Virus record (IMG/VR): IMGVR_UViG_3300030735_000039
Strand: one strand, 5' to 3'
DNA from: a virus
DNA length: 44,238 bases
In this document: one piece after another, positions 7,000 through 15,423 of the stretch
Position numbering within the stretch: the stretch's first letter is position 1
Layout of the letters: the number at the start of each line of letters is the position of its first letter
Program-made: the position numbers and the translations under genes
The notes under the pieces: generated by a model
Told to the model about the DNA's origin: nothing
What the model saw: only the letters and a program-made list of their open reading frames with translations
Databases searched by the model: none

Positions 7000-7349
7000 G
7001 CGATGCGGCTCCTCTGCTGGTGACGGCACGCGGGGTCGTGGTCGGTGCCGAACGAGGTCCACCAGCGCTCGCAGCAGGCGTGCCCGAGAGCGTCGGCGGC
7101 AGCGCGGAGGCTGCGCTGCTCCGTACGGTCGCGGAGCCGGGCCGCGCGCTCGGTGTCCGTACGGACGACGGTGAGCGTGTCCGCGTGCTCGGTCTCGCGT
7201 ACGAGGGCGATGAGCGGGACGAGGGAACAGGCGGCGAGGGCGGCGACGGCCCAGACCTCGCCGTAGAGGGCCTGCTGAACGGTGGCGTACGCCAGGAACA
7301 GAGCGGCGGCGCCGTAGATGGAACAGAGGATGCGGGCGAATCGGGTCAT
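6996..7349 (-). CDS. Membrane protein (two hydrophobic helices)
   Basis: Hydrophobic stretches ILCSIYGAAALFLAYATV and VWAVAALAACSLVPLIALV. The gene starts 3 nt after the upstream stop. Confidence 0.65.
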   Translation of the reverse strand: MTRFARILCSIYGAAALFLAYATVQQALYGEVWAVAALAACSLVPLIALVRETEHADTLTVVRTDTERAARLRDRTEQRSLRAAADALGHACCERWWTSFGTDHDPACRHQQRSRIA

Positions 7350-7352
7350 TGG

Positions 7353-8003
7353 TCAGGCCTCCTTGGTGGGCTCGGCGCCCTTGTTGTCGTAGCCGATGCC
7401 GGGGCACCACACCCCCGGTCGGTCGGCCCACTCGTGGCCGTCGTGGTAGTCGTCGTGGCCGCACGGCTGTGTCCCGCTGACCAGCTCAAAGCCGGGCTCG
7501 TCCGTCTCGTCCTCGAACGGCTCCAGCAGCGCGTACGCAGCCTGCCGGTCGCCGTTCAGGTACTCCACGGCGTAGTCCCCGAGACGTTCACGGCGCAGCC
7601 AACCGCGCTGCTCAGCGATGAACCCCTTGTCGTCCCAGTGGCCGTCACCGCAACTCAGGTCGCTGCTGCCGTTCTTGTCCGCGCGATCAAGGCGGGAGGC
7701 CGGAAAGCCGTACTCGATGGCGGTCTGGCGGGACCACACTCCGGCGGGCATCTCGCACACGTTCGACCAGCCGACGTACATGTCCTTGTCGCGGTGGGGC
7801 TTGACGAGCAGGCAGCGCAGGCGCGGGTCGTGGCTGGCCTTCTCCTCGGCGAGGTCGGCGCGCAGCTGCTCGACGTGCTCGCGCAGTACGACGACCTGCG
7901 AGATCAGCCAGACCGCTCCGTCGGACGTCACCATGCCGGTGTTGGCGTACTCAGTGCGGAGGGCGCCGAGGCGGTCAGTGGCGGGGGTGGGCTGGTCGTT
8001 CAT
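7353..8003 (-). CDS. Hypothetical protein (216 aa)
   Basis: ATG 8003 is preceded by CGGAGGAAC. Codon bias looks coding. No family recognised. Confidence 0.7.
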   Translation of the reverse strand: MNDQPTPATDRLGALRTEYANTGMVTSDGAVWLISQVVVLREHVEQLRADLAEEKASHDPRLRCLLVKPHRDKDMYVGWSNVCEMPAGVWSRQTAIEYGFPASRLDRADKNGSSDLSCGDGHWDDKGFIAEQRGWLRRERLGDYAVEYLNGDRQAAYALLEPFEDETDEPGFELVSGTQPCGHDDYHDGHEWADRPGVWCPGIGYDNKGAEPTKEA

Positions 8004-8062
8004 GGGTTCCTCCGTGGTGTGATGGGTGGAGGTCCGGGCCTGGTAGCAACAGGCCCGGACCG
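8004..8062 (-). repeat. Intergenic element copy B: hairpin 8032..8060 (11-bp stem, loop TTGCTAC on the mRNA strand) plus conserved CTCCAC...GGAGGAAC leader
   Basis: It aligns by eye with 9146..9198. Confidence 0.7.
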
Positions 8063-9145
8063 TTACGCAGCGGGGGAGAGCGCGGGGGCGGCGACCGGGA
8101 TGCCGGTGGCGGCCGACACGACGTGCGCGGCGAGCACCGGCGGGACCGCGTTGGCGATCTGCAGGAAGCACTTGGACTCGCTGCCCTGGAACGGGTAGGC
8201 CGGCCGGAACCCCTGCAGTACGGCCGCTTCGGCGAGCAGAAGGGGCCGCTTCTCCACGTCGCGGCGGCCGTCGACCTTGACCCACTGGTAGTCATGTCGG
8301 GCGTGTCCGGCGACGATCGTGGCCGCGGGCTGGTCCAGGCGGCGGGTGGTGGCGTTCGACCGCTTGCCCTGCCGGAGCACCCACCACGAGCGGGACTTCT
8401 CCGTGAGGGTCCGAGCGGGCTCGTCACAGATCCACTCGTTGCCACCAGGCGTCTTACGCTCGCCGCGGGTGTTGACCCACTGGCCGGGCTCTAGGCCGAG
8501 GACGTCGGCCATGGTCACCCAGGGCAGTCGGGCCTCTCCGAACAGGTCCACGTCAGTGTTCTCGCCGTGAGTGGGAGCCGGGGCCGAGACCGACCGGGTG
8601 CGGGAGGCGATGAAGATGGCGCGGCGCCGGGTCTGCGGCAGGCCCCAGTCGGCGGCGTTGAGGACGCCGGTCCACGTGCTGTAGCCCCAGCCGTTCAGGA
8701 TGCCCGCGTACTGCTTCCACAGCGGGAGCACGCCCGGCACCTGCTCCAGGCACACCCACTCGGGGCGCAGGTCGTACAGCCAGCGCATCGGCTCCGCGGC
8801 GAGGATCGACTTCTTGTCCTTGCACGCGGTCGCCAGCGTGGCGCGGGTATCGCGGCCGTTCGCCAGGTCGTGCACTGCCTGGTGGACGTGCGGAAGGTCG
8901 GTGACGCCCTTCTGCTTGCCAGCCTGCGAGTAGGGCGTGCAGACCGGCGAGCCGATGACCCTCGTCTTCCGCCCGGCGAACGGTGCGGTCGGGTACTGGG
9001 TGACGTCGCACTGGATCGTCAGGTGCCCGGCGGCATGGGAGGTGCGGGCGGTGTCGGCGTCCAGCTCCAGGCCGACGTCGGCGAGACCGAGAGGCTTGAG
9101 CCCCTCGGTCCAGCCGCGGGGTCCGGAGAACAGGTCAACGATCAT
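8063..9145 (-). CDS. DNA (cytosine-5)-methyltransferase
   Basis: Motif I is DLFSGPRG, motif IV-like is GSPVCTPYSQAG, motif VI-like is LEQVPG, motif VIII is RRRAIFIAS and motif X is QIANAVPPVLA. ATG 9145 is preceded by AAGGAGG. Confidence 0.9.
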   Translation of the reverse strand: MIVDLFSGPRGWTEGLKPLGLADVGLELDADTARTSHAAGHLTIQCDVTQYPTAPFAGRKTRVIGSPVCTPYSQAGKQKGVTDLPHVHQAVHDLANGRDTRATLATACKDKKSILAAEPMRWLYDLRPEWVCLEQVPGVLPLWKQYAGILNGWGYSTWTGVLNAADWGLPQTRRRAIFIASRTRSVSAPAPTHGENTDVDLFGEARLPWVTMADVLGLEPGQWVNTRGERKTPGGNEWICDEPARTLTEKSRSWWVLRQGKRSNATTRRLDQPAATIVAGHARHDYQWVKVDGRRDVEKRPLLLAEAAVLQGFRPAYPFQGSESKCFLQIANAVPPVLAAHVVSAATGIPVAAPALSPAA

Positions 9146-9198
9146 GTGTTCCTCCTTGGTGAGTGGAGGGCTGGGCCTGGTAGCAACAGGCCCGGCCT
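9146..9198 (-). repeat. Intergenic element copy A: hairpin 9171..9195 plus conserved leader
   Basis: It has the same loop, stem core (GGGCCTG/CAGGCCC) and downstream CTCCAC...AGGAGGAAC as 8004..8062. Confidence 0.7.
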
Positions 9199-10815
9199 TC
9201 ATGCGGCGGCGGGAAGAATGAGCTGGCCGAGAACGCGGCCCACGCGGTCCTGGTCGATGAGGTCAGCGACCTCGCCCGAGGTGCTGCCGCGCGGCACCTT
9301 GATGCCGAGGCGCCGGCACAAGCCGAGCTGCTTGTCGCTGGGCTGGCCACGCCGCCACCGGGCCTCCCGCGCCACGAACGCGCCGGGCGCCAGCACCTTG
9401 GCCTGCTGCTCCAGCCACGCCAGCGCCTCCGGCAACGGCCGGGCCGTGTCGTCCTTCGGCGGCTGCACGCCTGTGGCCTGGGTCCACCGGCGCATCCGGT
9501 ACAGCCGGGTTCCGGGGTCCCGGACGAGGAACAGGAACATGGCACCGGTCAGTCGGATGAACCAGGTCCCGTCAGGAGTGCGGAGCCAGCGGATCGCCGA
9601 CGAACCGAACAGGTTGATCTCCTCGGCCTCGACGCGGGCGGCGAGCGCGCGCCGCTTCTCGTGGGCAACGTGCTCTTCGGCGACCTGCTTCAGGCTCTTG
9701 CCTTCCTCGGCCTCGCCGATCTCCCGCTCGGTCAGGTCGACCATCGAGGCGAGCTTGTGGCGGCTCGCCGCGCCCATCACGTCGAGCAGCAGAGCGTCGC
9801 GCTTGCCGGGTGCCGGGCGGAGACCGCGCCCGACCATCTGCACATACAGGCCGGCCGACTTGGTCGGGCGGGCGACCACGATGCAGCTGGTGTGCGGGGC
9901 GTCGAACCCCTCGGTGAGGACCATGCAGTTGGTGAGCACCTGCACGTCGCCCGCCGTGTACCGGGCGAGGGTGGCGCGGCGCTCGTCGCGGCCCATGTCG
10001 CCCCACACAGGGGCGGCCTTGATTCCGACCGCTTCCAGCGCGGCGGCGGCCTGCTTCGCAGTCGCCACGGTCGGGGTGAAGACAACGCCGGCCCGGTCGC
10101 CCGCGTGGTCGACGTACGCCTTGGCGATCGCGTCCAGCGCGCCCGAGTCCTCCAGCGCCTTGCCCAGCTGGCCCTCGACGAGGTCGCCGCCCCTGGTCTT
10201 CACCTTGTTCAGGTCGAGGGTGTCGACGGTGATGGACTTGCCGCGGACGTCGCACAGGTAGCCGTCGCTGATCATGTCGAGGATGTCGAGGCGGAACACC
10301 ACGTCCTGCCAGACCTCGGCGAGCCCGCCATCCGTGCGCGTCATGGTCGCGGTGAACCCGGCGACCGGGACCCCGCGCCAGGCGCCGAAGTGCTCCAGCA
10401 CCTCCATGTAGGTGCGGGCGGCGGCGTGGTGGCACTCGTCCACGATGATCAGACCGATATCGCGGATGGCCTCCCGGCGCCGGGCCACGGCCAGGGTCTG
10501 GACGCTGGCCACGATCACGTCGGCGTCGTGGTGCTGGTCGCGCTCCGCCTTGACGATGCCGACCCGCAGCATCGGGTCCACGGCGAGCAGCTTGGAAGCG
10601 GCCTGCTCGATCAGCTCCTCGCGGTGGGCGATGACGAGGACGCGGCGGCCGTCGAGCTGGTCGAGCATCTGGTGGGCCAGGTGGGAGAAGACGACGGTCT
10701 TACCGGCGCCGGTGGGCAGGACGACGGCCACGCGGTTTCGGCCGGCGGCCCAGCCCTGGCGGAGCGCCTCGATGGCGTCGAGCTGGTACGGGCGAGGGGT
10801 GAAGGAGCTGGTCAT
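9199..10815 (-). CDS. Superfamily-2 DNA helicase (DEAD/DEAH-box, ResIII-type N-domain)
   Basis: RPYQLDAIEAL, motif I LPTGAGKT, motif II DECHH and helicase C-domain motifs (VLTNCMVLTEGFDAP, QMVGRGLR). ATG 10815 is preceded by GAGGTG. Confidence 0.9.
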   Translation of the reverse strand: MTSSFTPRPYQLDAIEALRQGWAAGRNRVAVVLPTGAGKTVVFSHLAHQMLDQLDGRRVLVIAHREELIEQAASKLLAVDPMLRVGIVKAERDQHHDADVIVASVQTLAVARRREAIRDIGLIIVDECHHAAARTYMEVLEHFGAWRGVPVAGFTATMTRTDGGLAEVWQDVVFRLDILDMISDGYLCDVRGKSITVDTLDLNKVKTRGGDLVEGQLGKALEDSGALDAIAKAYVDHAGDRAGVVFTPTVATAKQAAAALEAVGIKAAPVWGDMGRDERRATLARYTAGDVQVLTNCMVLTEGFDAPHTSCIVVARPTKSAGLYVQMVGRGLRPAPGKRDALLLDVMGAASRHKLASMVDLTEREIGEAEEGKSLKQVAEEHVAHEKRRALAARVEAEEINLFGSSAIRWLRTPDGTWFIRLTGAMFLFLVRDPGTRLYRMRRWTQATGVQPPKDDTARPLPEALAWLEQQAKVLAPGAFVAREARWRRGQPSDKQLGLCRRLGIKVPRGSTSGEVADLIDQDRVGRVLGQLILPAAA

Positions 10816-10846
10816 TGGGTCACCTCGTTTCGGATTGCTGGCTTTT

Positions 10847-11166
10847 TGCGGGGAGTGCGGGGACATGGCGCGAGTCCTGCGGGGACTTCAGACCGGTCCC
10901 GGGGTGGCGCTGATCAGTGGTTTTGCGGGGACGCGGGGACTTGCGGGGACTTGGGGAATCCCTTGATGCCGGAGAGCTTCAGAACTGATCCGTGATGACG
11001 TGCGGAATGCGCGATGCGCGATGCATGTGAGTCACGTGCGCTGTACGGGGGAGTGGGGCAGGTCCCCGCAGGTCCCCGCCTCCCCGCGTCCTCGCAGGTA
11101 GAGCCCTGTGCGGAGGTCTGTCGGAGTCCCCGCACAGGTCCCCGCGAAGTCCCCGCACTCCCCGCA
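10847..11166. repeat. Two facing arrays of a 9-bp iteron (TGCGGGGAC) around a unique core; candidate replication origin or regulatory array
   Basis: Plus-orientation copies start at 10847, 10856, 10878, 10924, 10932 and 10942, with a degenerate copy at 10951. Reverse-orientation copies (GTCCCCGCN/CTCCCCGCN) start at 11062, 11072, 11080, 11126, 11138, 11149 and 11158. The core 10960..11061 contains GCGATGC repeats and the near-palindrome CATGTGAGTCACGTG. Confidence 0.7.
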
Positions 11167-11176
11167 GATCGGCCGG

Positions 11177-13834
11177 TCACGACTCGTGCCGTCCAGTGCC
11201 GCGGTCGGCGTGGACCTCGACGCGCCACAGGTTCTGCTTCCTGTGGCTGTCGACGACCATCACGACCTTGTGGGTGCCGAAGTAGCGGCCCTGACGGGCC
11301 TTGAGCCAGATGCCCAACTGATTTGCACTCGGCGGCTCATCGCCCTTGCGCGGCACGTGGCTGGGCAGGCCTTTGATGAGGGCCCCCGTGGCCAAGGGCT
11401 CGCCGCCGTACGTCTCCCGCCACATCTCCAGGAAGAGCGCCCACTCTTGGAGTTCGTCGTCCTGGTCGCGCGCCTCGGCGCGGTCGGCCATCCAGCCTTC
11501 GACCCCGATGAAGTCGAGTAGGCCGGCGATGAGGCTGGCCCAATGGCTGTAGTCGCCCTTACGGACGCGGACTTGGGGCGCCCCCGCGGCGACCCAGGCC
11601 CGCACCAACGTCACCAGGGCCGCGACCAGAGTCGAGGCGTTGTGGCGCAGCCACGGGCGGAGGTCGCCGACGGTGAAGTTGTCGCGCTGGTCGGGGTCGG
11701 GGCAGTCGGGGTCAAGGCGGACCCAGAGCACGCGTCGGCCGTTGTCCCCGCCGGTGCGCAGCGCGTTGCCGGTGACGATCCACAGCCGGTCGTTCGGCAT
11801 CGTCACCTTCGAGGTGGCGCCGAGGACGCGGTCGCCCCATACCTCGGAGGTCAGCAGCGCGGACAGGACCGGGCTCTTGATGACGTAGCCGTTGGGCAGG
11901 TTGTCGAGGACGACGACGGGCTGTCCGGTGCCGTACAGCTGCGTGGTGATCGACTTCCTGAGTTCGGTGTCGTTCTCGGGCCAGGCCGTGTCAGCGATGC
12001 CGTAGCAGTGCCGGAAGATGTCCTTGAGCAGGCTCTTTCCGGACCCCGCAGCCGTCGCGGTGAGCACGAACATCGGAGTCGCACCGTGGAAGTAGGGGCG
12101 GAGGATCGGGGTGAGTAGGGCGCCGAGGAAGTGCGCGCGATCGCTGGCAGCGACCCACGGGAAGTCCTTCAGGACCTGGTCCAGGACGATGGCCTTCGCC
12201 CGGTCGAGGCTGCCCCGGGTCACCTGCGGAGCGAGGCGGCGCAGCGGTACGCGCGGTTCCAGGTAGAGGCCCGTCGCGCGGTCGTATCCGAGCGAGTCGA
12301 GCAGAGACCCGTCGGACCGGATCACGGGTGAGGTGACGATGCCGCGCAGAATCGGGAGCGGCCACGTCTTCCGGCCGAGGATCGTCGAGCAGCTCTTGGG
12401 CATGAGCAGCTCGCGTTCTTCCTCCAGCTGCTCGGTGAGCGGGTTCCGCTTCAGGGTGAAGCTGGACACGTGGTCGGCGAGGTATGCCCGGAGGTTGTCG
12501 GCGCCGAGCTGCTGGACGATCGGGTCGTCGTTGTCGTCGCGGTAGACCCAGCAGGGGCCGCCTGATCGGGTGTACAGGTCGGGCAGGCGGCCGTCCTTCA
12601 TGAGCTGGAGGACGCCGTCGATCCCGTCGGCTTCGTTGGTGATGTCCAGCTCGGGGCGGGAGGGGACGGAGCGCAGTTGCGGGCCGCCCTCGAACCCCTC
12701 TTGCGCGTCCGGGGCGTGCTCGGAGTCGAGCGCCGAGGAGCCATCGGCGAAGTGCTGTCCGGGCACAGAGGACAGGCGTCGGCGAGGGGACTCGGTGCCG
12801 TAGCCGCGCCCGCGCAGTTCGGCAGCAGCCCGCCTGAAGTGCTCGGCGTTGGTGCCGCCCTGCGTCAGGTGGGTGTACGCGGCGAACTTGTCGTACGGCG
12901 TTTCCGACTCGAACGTCGTCGACGTGGTGAAGACGTACAGACGGTCTCGGTCCTGGGCGTGTCCGGTCGTTGCCGAGATCCCCTGGTTCTTCCCCTTGCG
13001 CCGCCAGTACGTGGTGCTACCGCGCGTGAAGATCGGATCGAACTCGTCACCGATGATCTCCGGCCAATCGGTGCGGGCCTCGTAGTCGTCGCCTGGCCGG
13101 ACGCCGCCCTCGGGAAGCTCTCGTTTCGGACGCGGCGCGGTCTTCGCCTTGTCCTCGCGAGGCATCGCGTCGACCATCTGGCAGACGGCGTGCACTGCCG
13201 TAAGCGTGTCCGCGTCGAGGGTCGGGATACTGCTCGGCCCGCCGGCCAGGCGAACGTACGGCCGTCCGGACGCGTGGACCGGGCCACAGGACGGCTCGAC
13301 CAGCCCGTATCCCCCCTCCCCGCGCGTTTCGATGAGGACTCGCACGATCTTCGAGTTGGGTTTCTCCGCGACGCGCTGTCGCTCCTCCGCGGTGTACTCG
13401 TCCTCGCGAGCCAGACGACTGGCCAACTTCGTGTTGCCAGCAACTCCGTCCTCGACACGGATCCGGTAGTGCAGGCCACCGGAGGGAGACTCGCTTGCCC
13501 ATCCGGTGGCGATGCTCTGCCACACATCACCGAGGCCGGAGCCCTCCATGATTTCGGTGACCTCGTCGAGGACTCCTTCGCGAACGGCGAGACCCTCGAA
13601 CTCCAGCATCTCGACGTTCCCTGACACTCCGCCGTAGACCACGGCGATGCCACGGGGCCGGTCGCCGCTGAACCAGGCGTCGTGCTCAGCGGGGGTACTG
13701 CGGTTGATCTTGTACTGAAGCCAGGACACGGCTGGCTTCTTTGTCCCGTCCGCCTTGATCGGGAGGACGCACAGGCCAGCGTCGTGCAGCTCGCGGGCGG
13801 AAGCCCGGAGGTCGGCGGACTGTGAGTCGGTCAA
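11177..13834 (-). CDS. Bifunctional primase-polymerase (Prim-Pol N-domain) fused to a P-loop NTPase/helicase-like C-domain
   Basis: The N-terminus LHDAGLCVLPIKADGTKKPAVSWLQY...GIAVVYGGVSGNVEMLEFE is typical of Prim-Pol domains. Walker A is TAAGSGKS and Walker B is PVVVLDNLPNG. TTG 13834 overlaps the upstream stop (TTGA) and follows GGGGAG. Confidence 0.85.
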   Translation of the reverse strand: MTDSQSADLRASARELHDAGLCVLPIKADGTKKPAVSWLQYKINRSTPAEHDAWFSGDRPRGIAVVYGGVSGNVEMLEFEGLAVREGVLDEVTEIMEGSGLGDVWQSIATGWASESPSGGLHYRIRVEDGVAGNTKLASRLAREDEYTAEERQRVAEKPNSKIVRVLIETRGEGGYGLVEPSCGPVHASGRPYVRLAGGPSSIPTLDADTLTAVHAVCQMVDAMPREDKAKTAPRPKRELPEGGVRPGDDYEARTDWPEIIGDEFDPIFTRGSTTYWRRKGKNQGISATTGHAQDRDRLYVFTTSTTFESETPYDKFAAYTHLTQGGTNAEHFRRAAAELRGRGYGTESPRRRLSSVPGQHFADGSSALDSEHAPDAQEGFEGGPQLRSVPSRPELDITNEADGIDGVLQLMKDGRLPDLYTRSGGPCWVYRDDNDDPIVQQLGADNLRAYLADHVSSFTLKRNPLTEQLEEERELLMPKSCSTILGRKTWPLPILRGIVTSPVIRSDGSLLDSLGYDRATGLYLEPRVPLRRLAPQVTRGSLDRAKAIVLDQVLKDFPWVAASDRAHFLGALLTPILRPYFHGATPMFVLTATAAGSGKSLLKDIFRHCYGIADTAWPENDTELRKSITTQLYGTGQPVVVLDNLPNGYVIKSPVLSALLTSEVWGDRVLGATSKVTMPNDRLWIVTGNALRTGGDNGRRVLWVRLDPDCPDPDQRDNFTVGDLRPWLRHNASTLVAALVTLVRAWVAAGAPQVRVRKGDYSHWASLIAGLLDFIGVEGWMADRAEARDQDDELQEWALFLEMWRETYGGEPLATGALIKGLPSHVPRKGDEPPSANQLGIWLKARQGRYFGTHKVVMVVDSHRKQNLWRVEVHADRGTGRHES

Positions 13835-14064
13835 CGGTGCTCCCCGTAGTGGTGCCGGGCGAGGTGCTCGGTCTTGATGGCGCGGACGAACTCGGGCACG
13901 GCGTCGCCGAAGGCCGGGCCCTCGCGGTGCTGCGGGCAGCCCGGGCGGTAGCACTCGTAGCGAGCGCGGCGCTTGTCGAGGTCGACGATCAGCAGGCCGT
14001 CGATCTGCTGGGGGGCGGCCGTACGGACCGGGGTGTCCCGGGCCCGCACGGCGGCACTGGTCAA
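13831..14064 (-). CDS. Hypothetical small protein (77 aa)
   Basis: ATGA overlap with the upstream gene and TTGA overlap with the downstream gene. Confidence 0.6.
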   Translation of the reverse strand: MTSAAVRARDTPVRTAAPQQIDGLLIVDLDKRRARYECYRPGCPQHREGPAFGDAVPEFVRAIKTEHLARHHYGEHR

Positions 14065-14537
14065 CGGGACGCCTTCGAGGTGCGGGCGTGCCAGGCGTCC
14101 ATGTCCTCGACGTGGCCGGCCGCCACGGATGCCTGGAAGTCGCTGGCTCGCTGGGCGTCGGATTCGCGCTCGGAGATCTCCTCGCGCAGCTGGAGGAGAG
14201 TGGTCGACGGCGGTTGCCCGGGAGGCACGATGGCCATGGCCCCGCCGCCAGCCGTCCGGATGACCACCGTCTTGTCGAGGTGCTCCTCGTCGACGGCGCG
14301 CGACTGGTGCACGGTGATGCGGTGCCGGGCGGCGAACTGCTTCAGGTGCTCGCGGCCGAGGGTGTCGAGGACCCAGGCGAAGACGGCATCGGGGTCGCCC
14401 GAGACTCTGATCAGGTCACCGATGGCGTCGAGGCACTCACCGACGGCGTGGTCGACGACGAGCTTGGCGGCCTCGATGTCGGCGAGCGCCCGGCGGACGG
14501 CCGGGGTGTGTGACGCGGTTGTGGGATGGTTCTGCAT
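14061..14537 (-). CDS. Hypothetical protein (158 aa)
   Basis: Starts at ATG 14537 (MQNHPTTASH...). Codon bias looks coding, and the 3' end is coupled to the next gene. Confidence 0.65.
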   Translation of the reverse strand: MQNHPTTASHTPAVRRALADIEAAKLVVDHAVGECLDAIGDLIRVSGDPDAVFAWVLDTLGREHLKQFAARHRITVHQSRAVDEEHLDKTVVIRTAGGGAMAIVPPGQPPSTTLLQLREEISERESDAQRASDFQASVAAGHVEDMDAWHARTSKASR

Positions 14538-14554
14538 GGAGCTGACCCCGTTCG

Positions 14555-14866
14555 CTACTTGCTGGTGGGTGCGGGCTGCTCGACAGGCGCCCCCGGCTGG
14601 ACCCCGGGGGCGTCGTCGTTGGTGGCTGCTGCCGACTGGACCTCGGCAGCAGCGGTCTCGGTGAGGCCGAGGAACCTCAGAAGGTCGGCCTTGCGGACGC
14701 GGAAAGCCCGCCCGAACTTCACGACCTCGATGGGGAACTCGCCGTTCTTGACCAGGGCGTAGCCGTTCGTCTCGCCGATGTTCAGGGCGGCGAACGCCTG
14801 AAGGACGGTGGGCATCGCGGGCAGATCGCGGACCTGCTCGGGGGAGAGCGGCGTGGCAGTCGTCAT
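14555..14866 (-). CDS. Excisionase-family/HTH_17 DNA-binding protein (candidate Xis)
   Basis: AFAALNIGETNGYALVKNGEFPIEVVKFGRAFRVRKADLLRFLG matches the excisionase-type winged helix. ATGA overlap with the Cro-like gene. Confidence 0.7.
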   Translation of the reverse strand: MTTATPLSPEQVRDLPAMPTVLQAFAALNIGETNGYALVKNGEFPIEVVKFGRAFRVRKADLLRFLGLTETAAAEVQSAAATNDDAPGVQPGAPVEQPAPTSK

Positions 14867-15153
14867 GACGCCACCTGCGCCTGAGCGGGAATGAAGGTGC
14901 GGCCGGCGCGCTCCATCTCGACGAACAGGACAAGCAGTTCGACGCCGAGGGCGGCGACGATGGCCTTGGCCTTGGGCTCCGGGACAGAGCGCTGGCTCCC
15001 GGACATCAGGGCGCCGATCGTTCCGTGGGCGACGCCTGCGGCCTCAGCCAGTTCGCGGCTGGTGATGGCCTCACCAGTACCGGTGCGCTCCATGAGCGTC
15101 TTCAGTCGGTCGCCGCTCGCGACCGCGTACATCGTGGGTGGAGATTCGCTCAC
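14863..15153 (-). CDS. Cro-like XRE-family HTH regulator
   Basis: ITSRELAEAAGVAHGTIGALMSGSQ is an HTH_3-type motif. GTG 15153 is preceded by GAGGTG (the track extends the ORF to 15210). It is divergent from the CI-like gene. Confidence 0.7.
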   Translation of the reverse strand: MSESPPTMYAVASGDRLKTLMERTGTGEAITSRELAEAAGVAHGTIGALMSGSQRSVPEPKAKAIVAALGVELLVLFVEMERAGRTFIPAQAQVAS

Positions 15154-15163
15154 GTTCACCTCG

Positions 15164-15389
15164 CTGGACAAAATGTCCCACTCGCAGGACAGCGATGAAC
15201 GGAGCATCACACAGGCTGAACACTTTGTCCAGCGTGTGTGACACCAGGGGGCGCACGAGCGTATTCGGTCAATGACTTAGGGCAACCTGGCGTAAGCGTC
15301 CAACGTGCTGAACAATCTGTTCAGTGCGTGAGATGAACCACCTGACTGACCTGCCCGTATGCCTCAATGGGCAGCGAAGACGCTGAACA
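15164..15389. promoter_or_regulatory. Immunity switch region with three 17-bp operators CTGRACA-N3-TGTYCMR plus one half-site
   Basis: O1 15164..15180 is CTGGACAAAATGTCCCA. O2 15216..15232 is CTGAACACTTTGTCCAG. O3 15308..15324 is CTGAACAATCTGTTCAG, a perfect palindrome. A half-site CTGAACA lies at 15383..15389. Confidence 0.65.
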
Positions 15390-15423
15390 GCCCGCGTAAC
15401 CCTCTGACCGCAGGAGTGGCAGC

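Noticed and set aside
10847-11166. Possible CRISPR array
   Set aside because: The repeats are only 9 bp, are irregularly spaced (0-37 bp), sit in two opposite orientations, and have no spacer-sized unique units or cas genes.
10914-11228. 104-aa minus-strand ORF spanning the iteron block
   Set aside because: Its sequence is dictated by the repeated GTCCCCGC units (GPRR/GTSRGP repeats). It has no RBS or coupling and overlaps the replicase 3' end, so I treat the region as non-coding.
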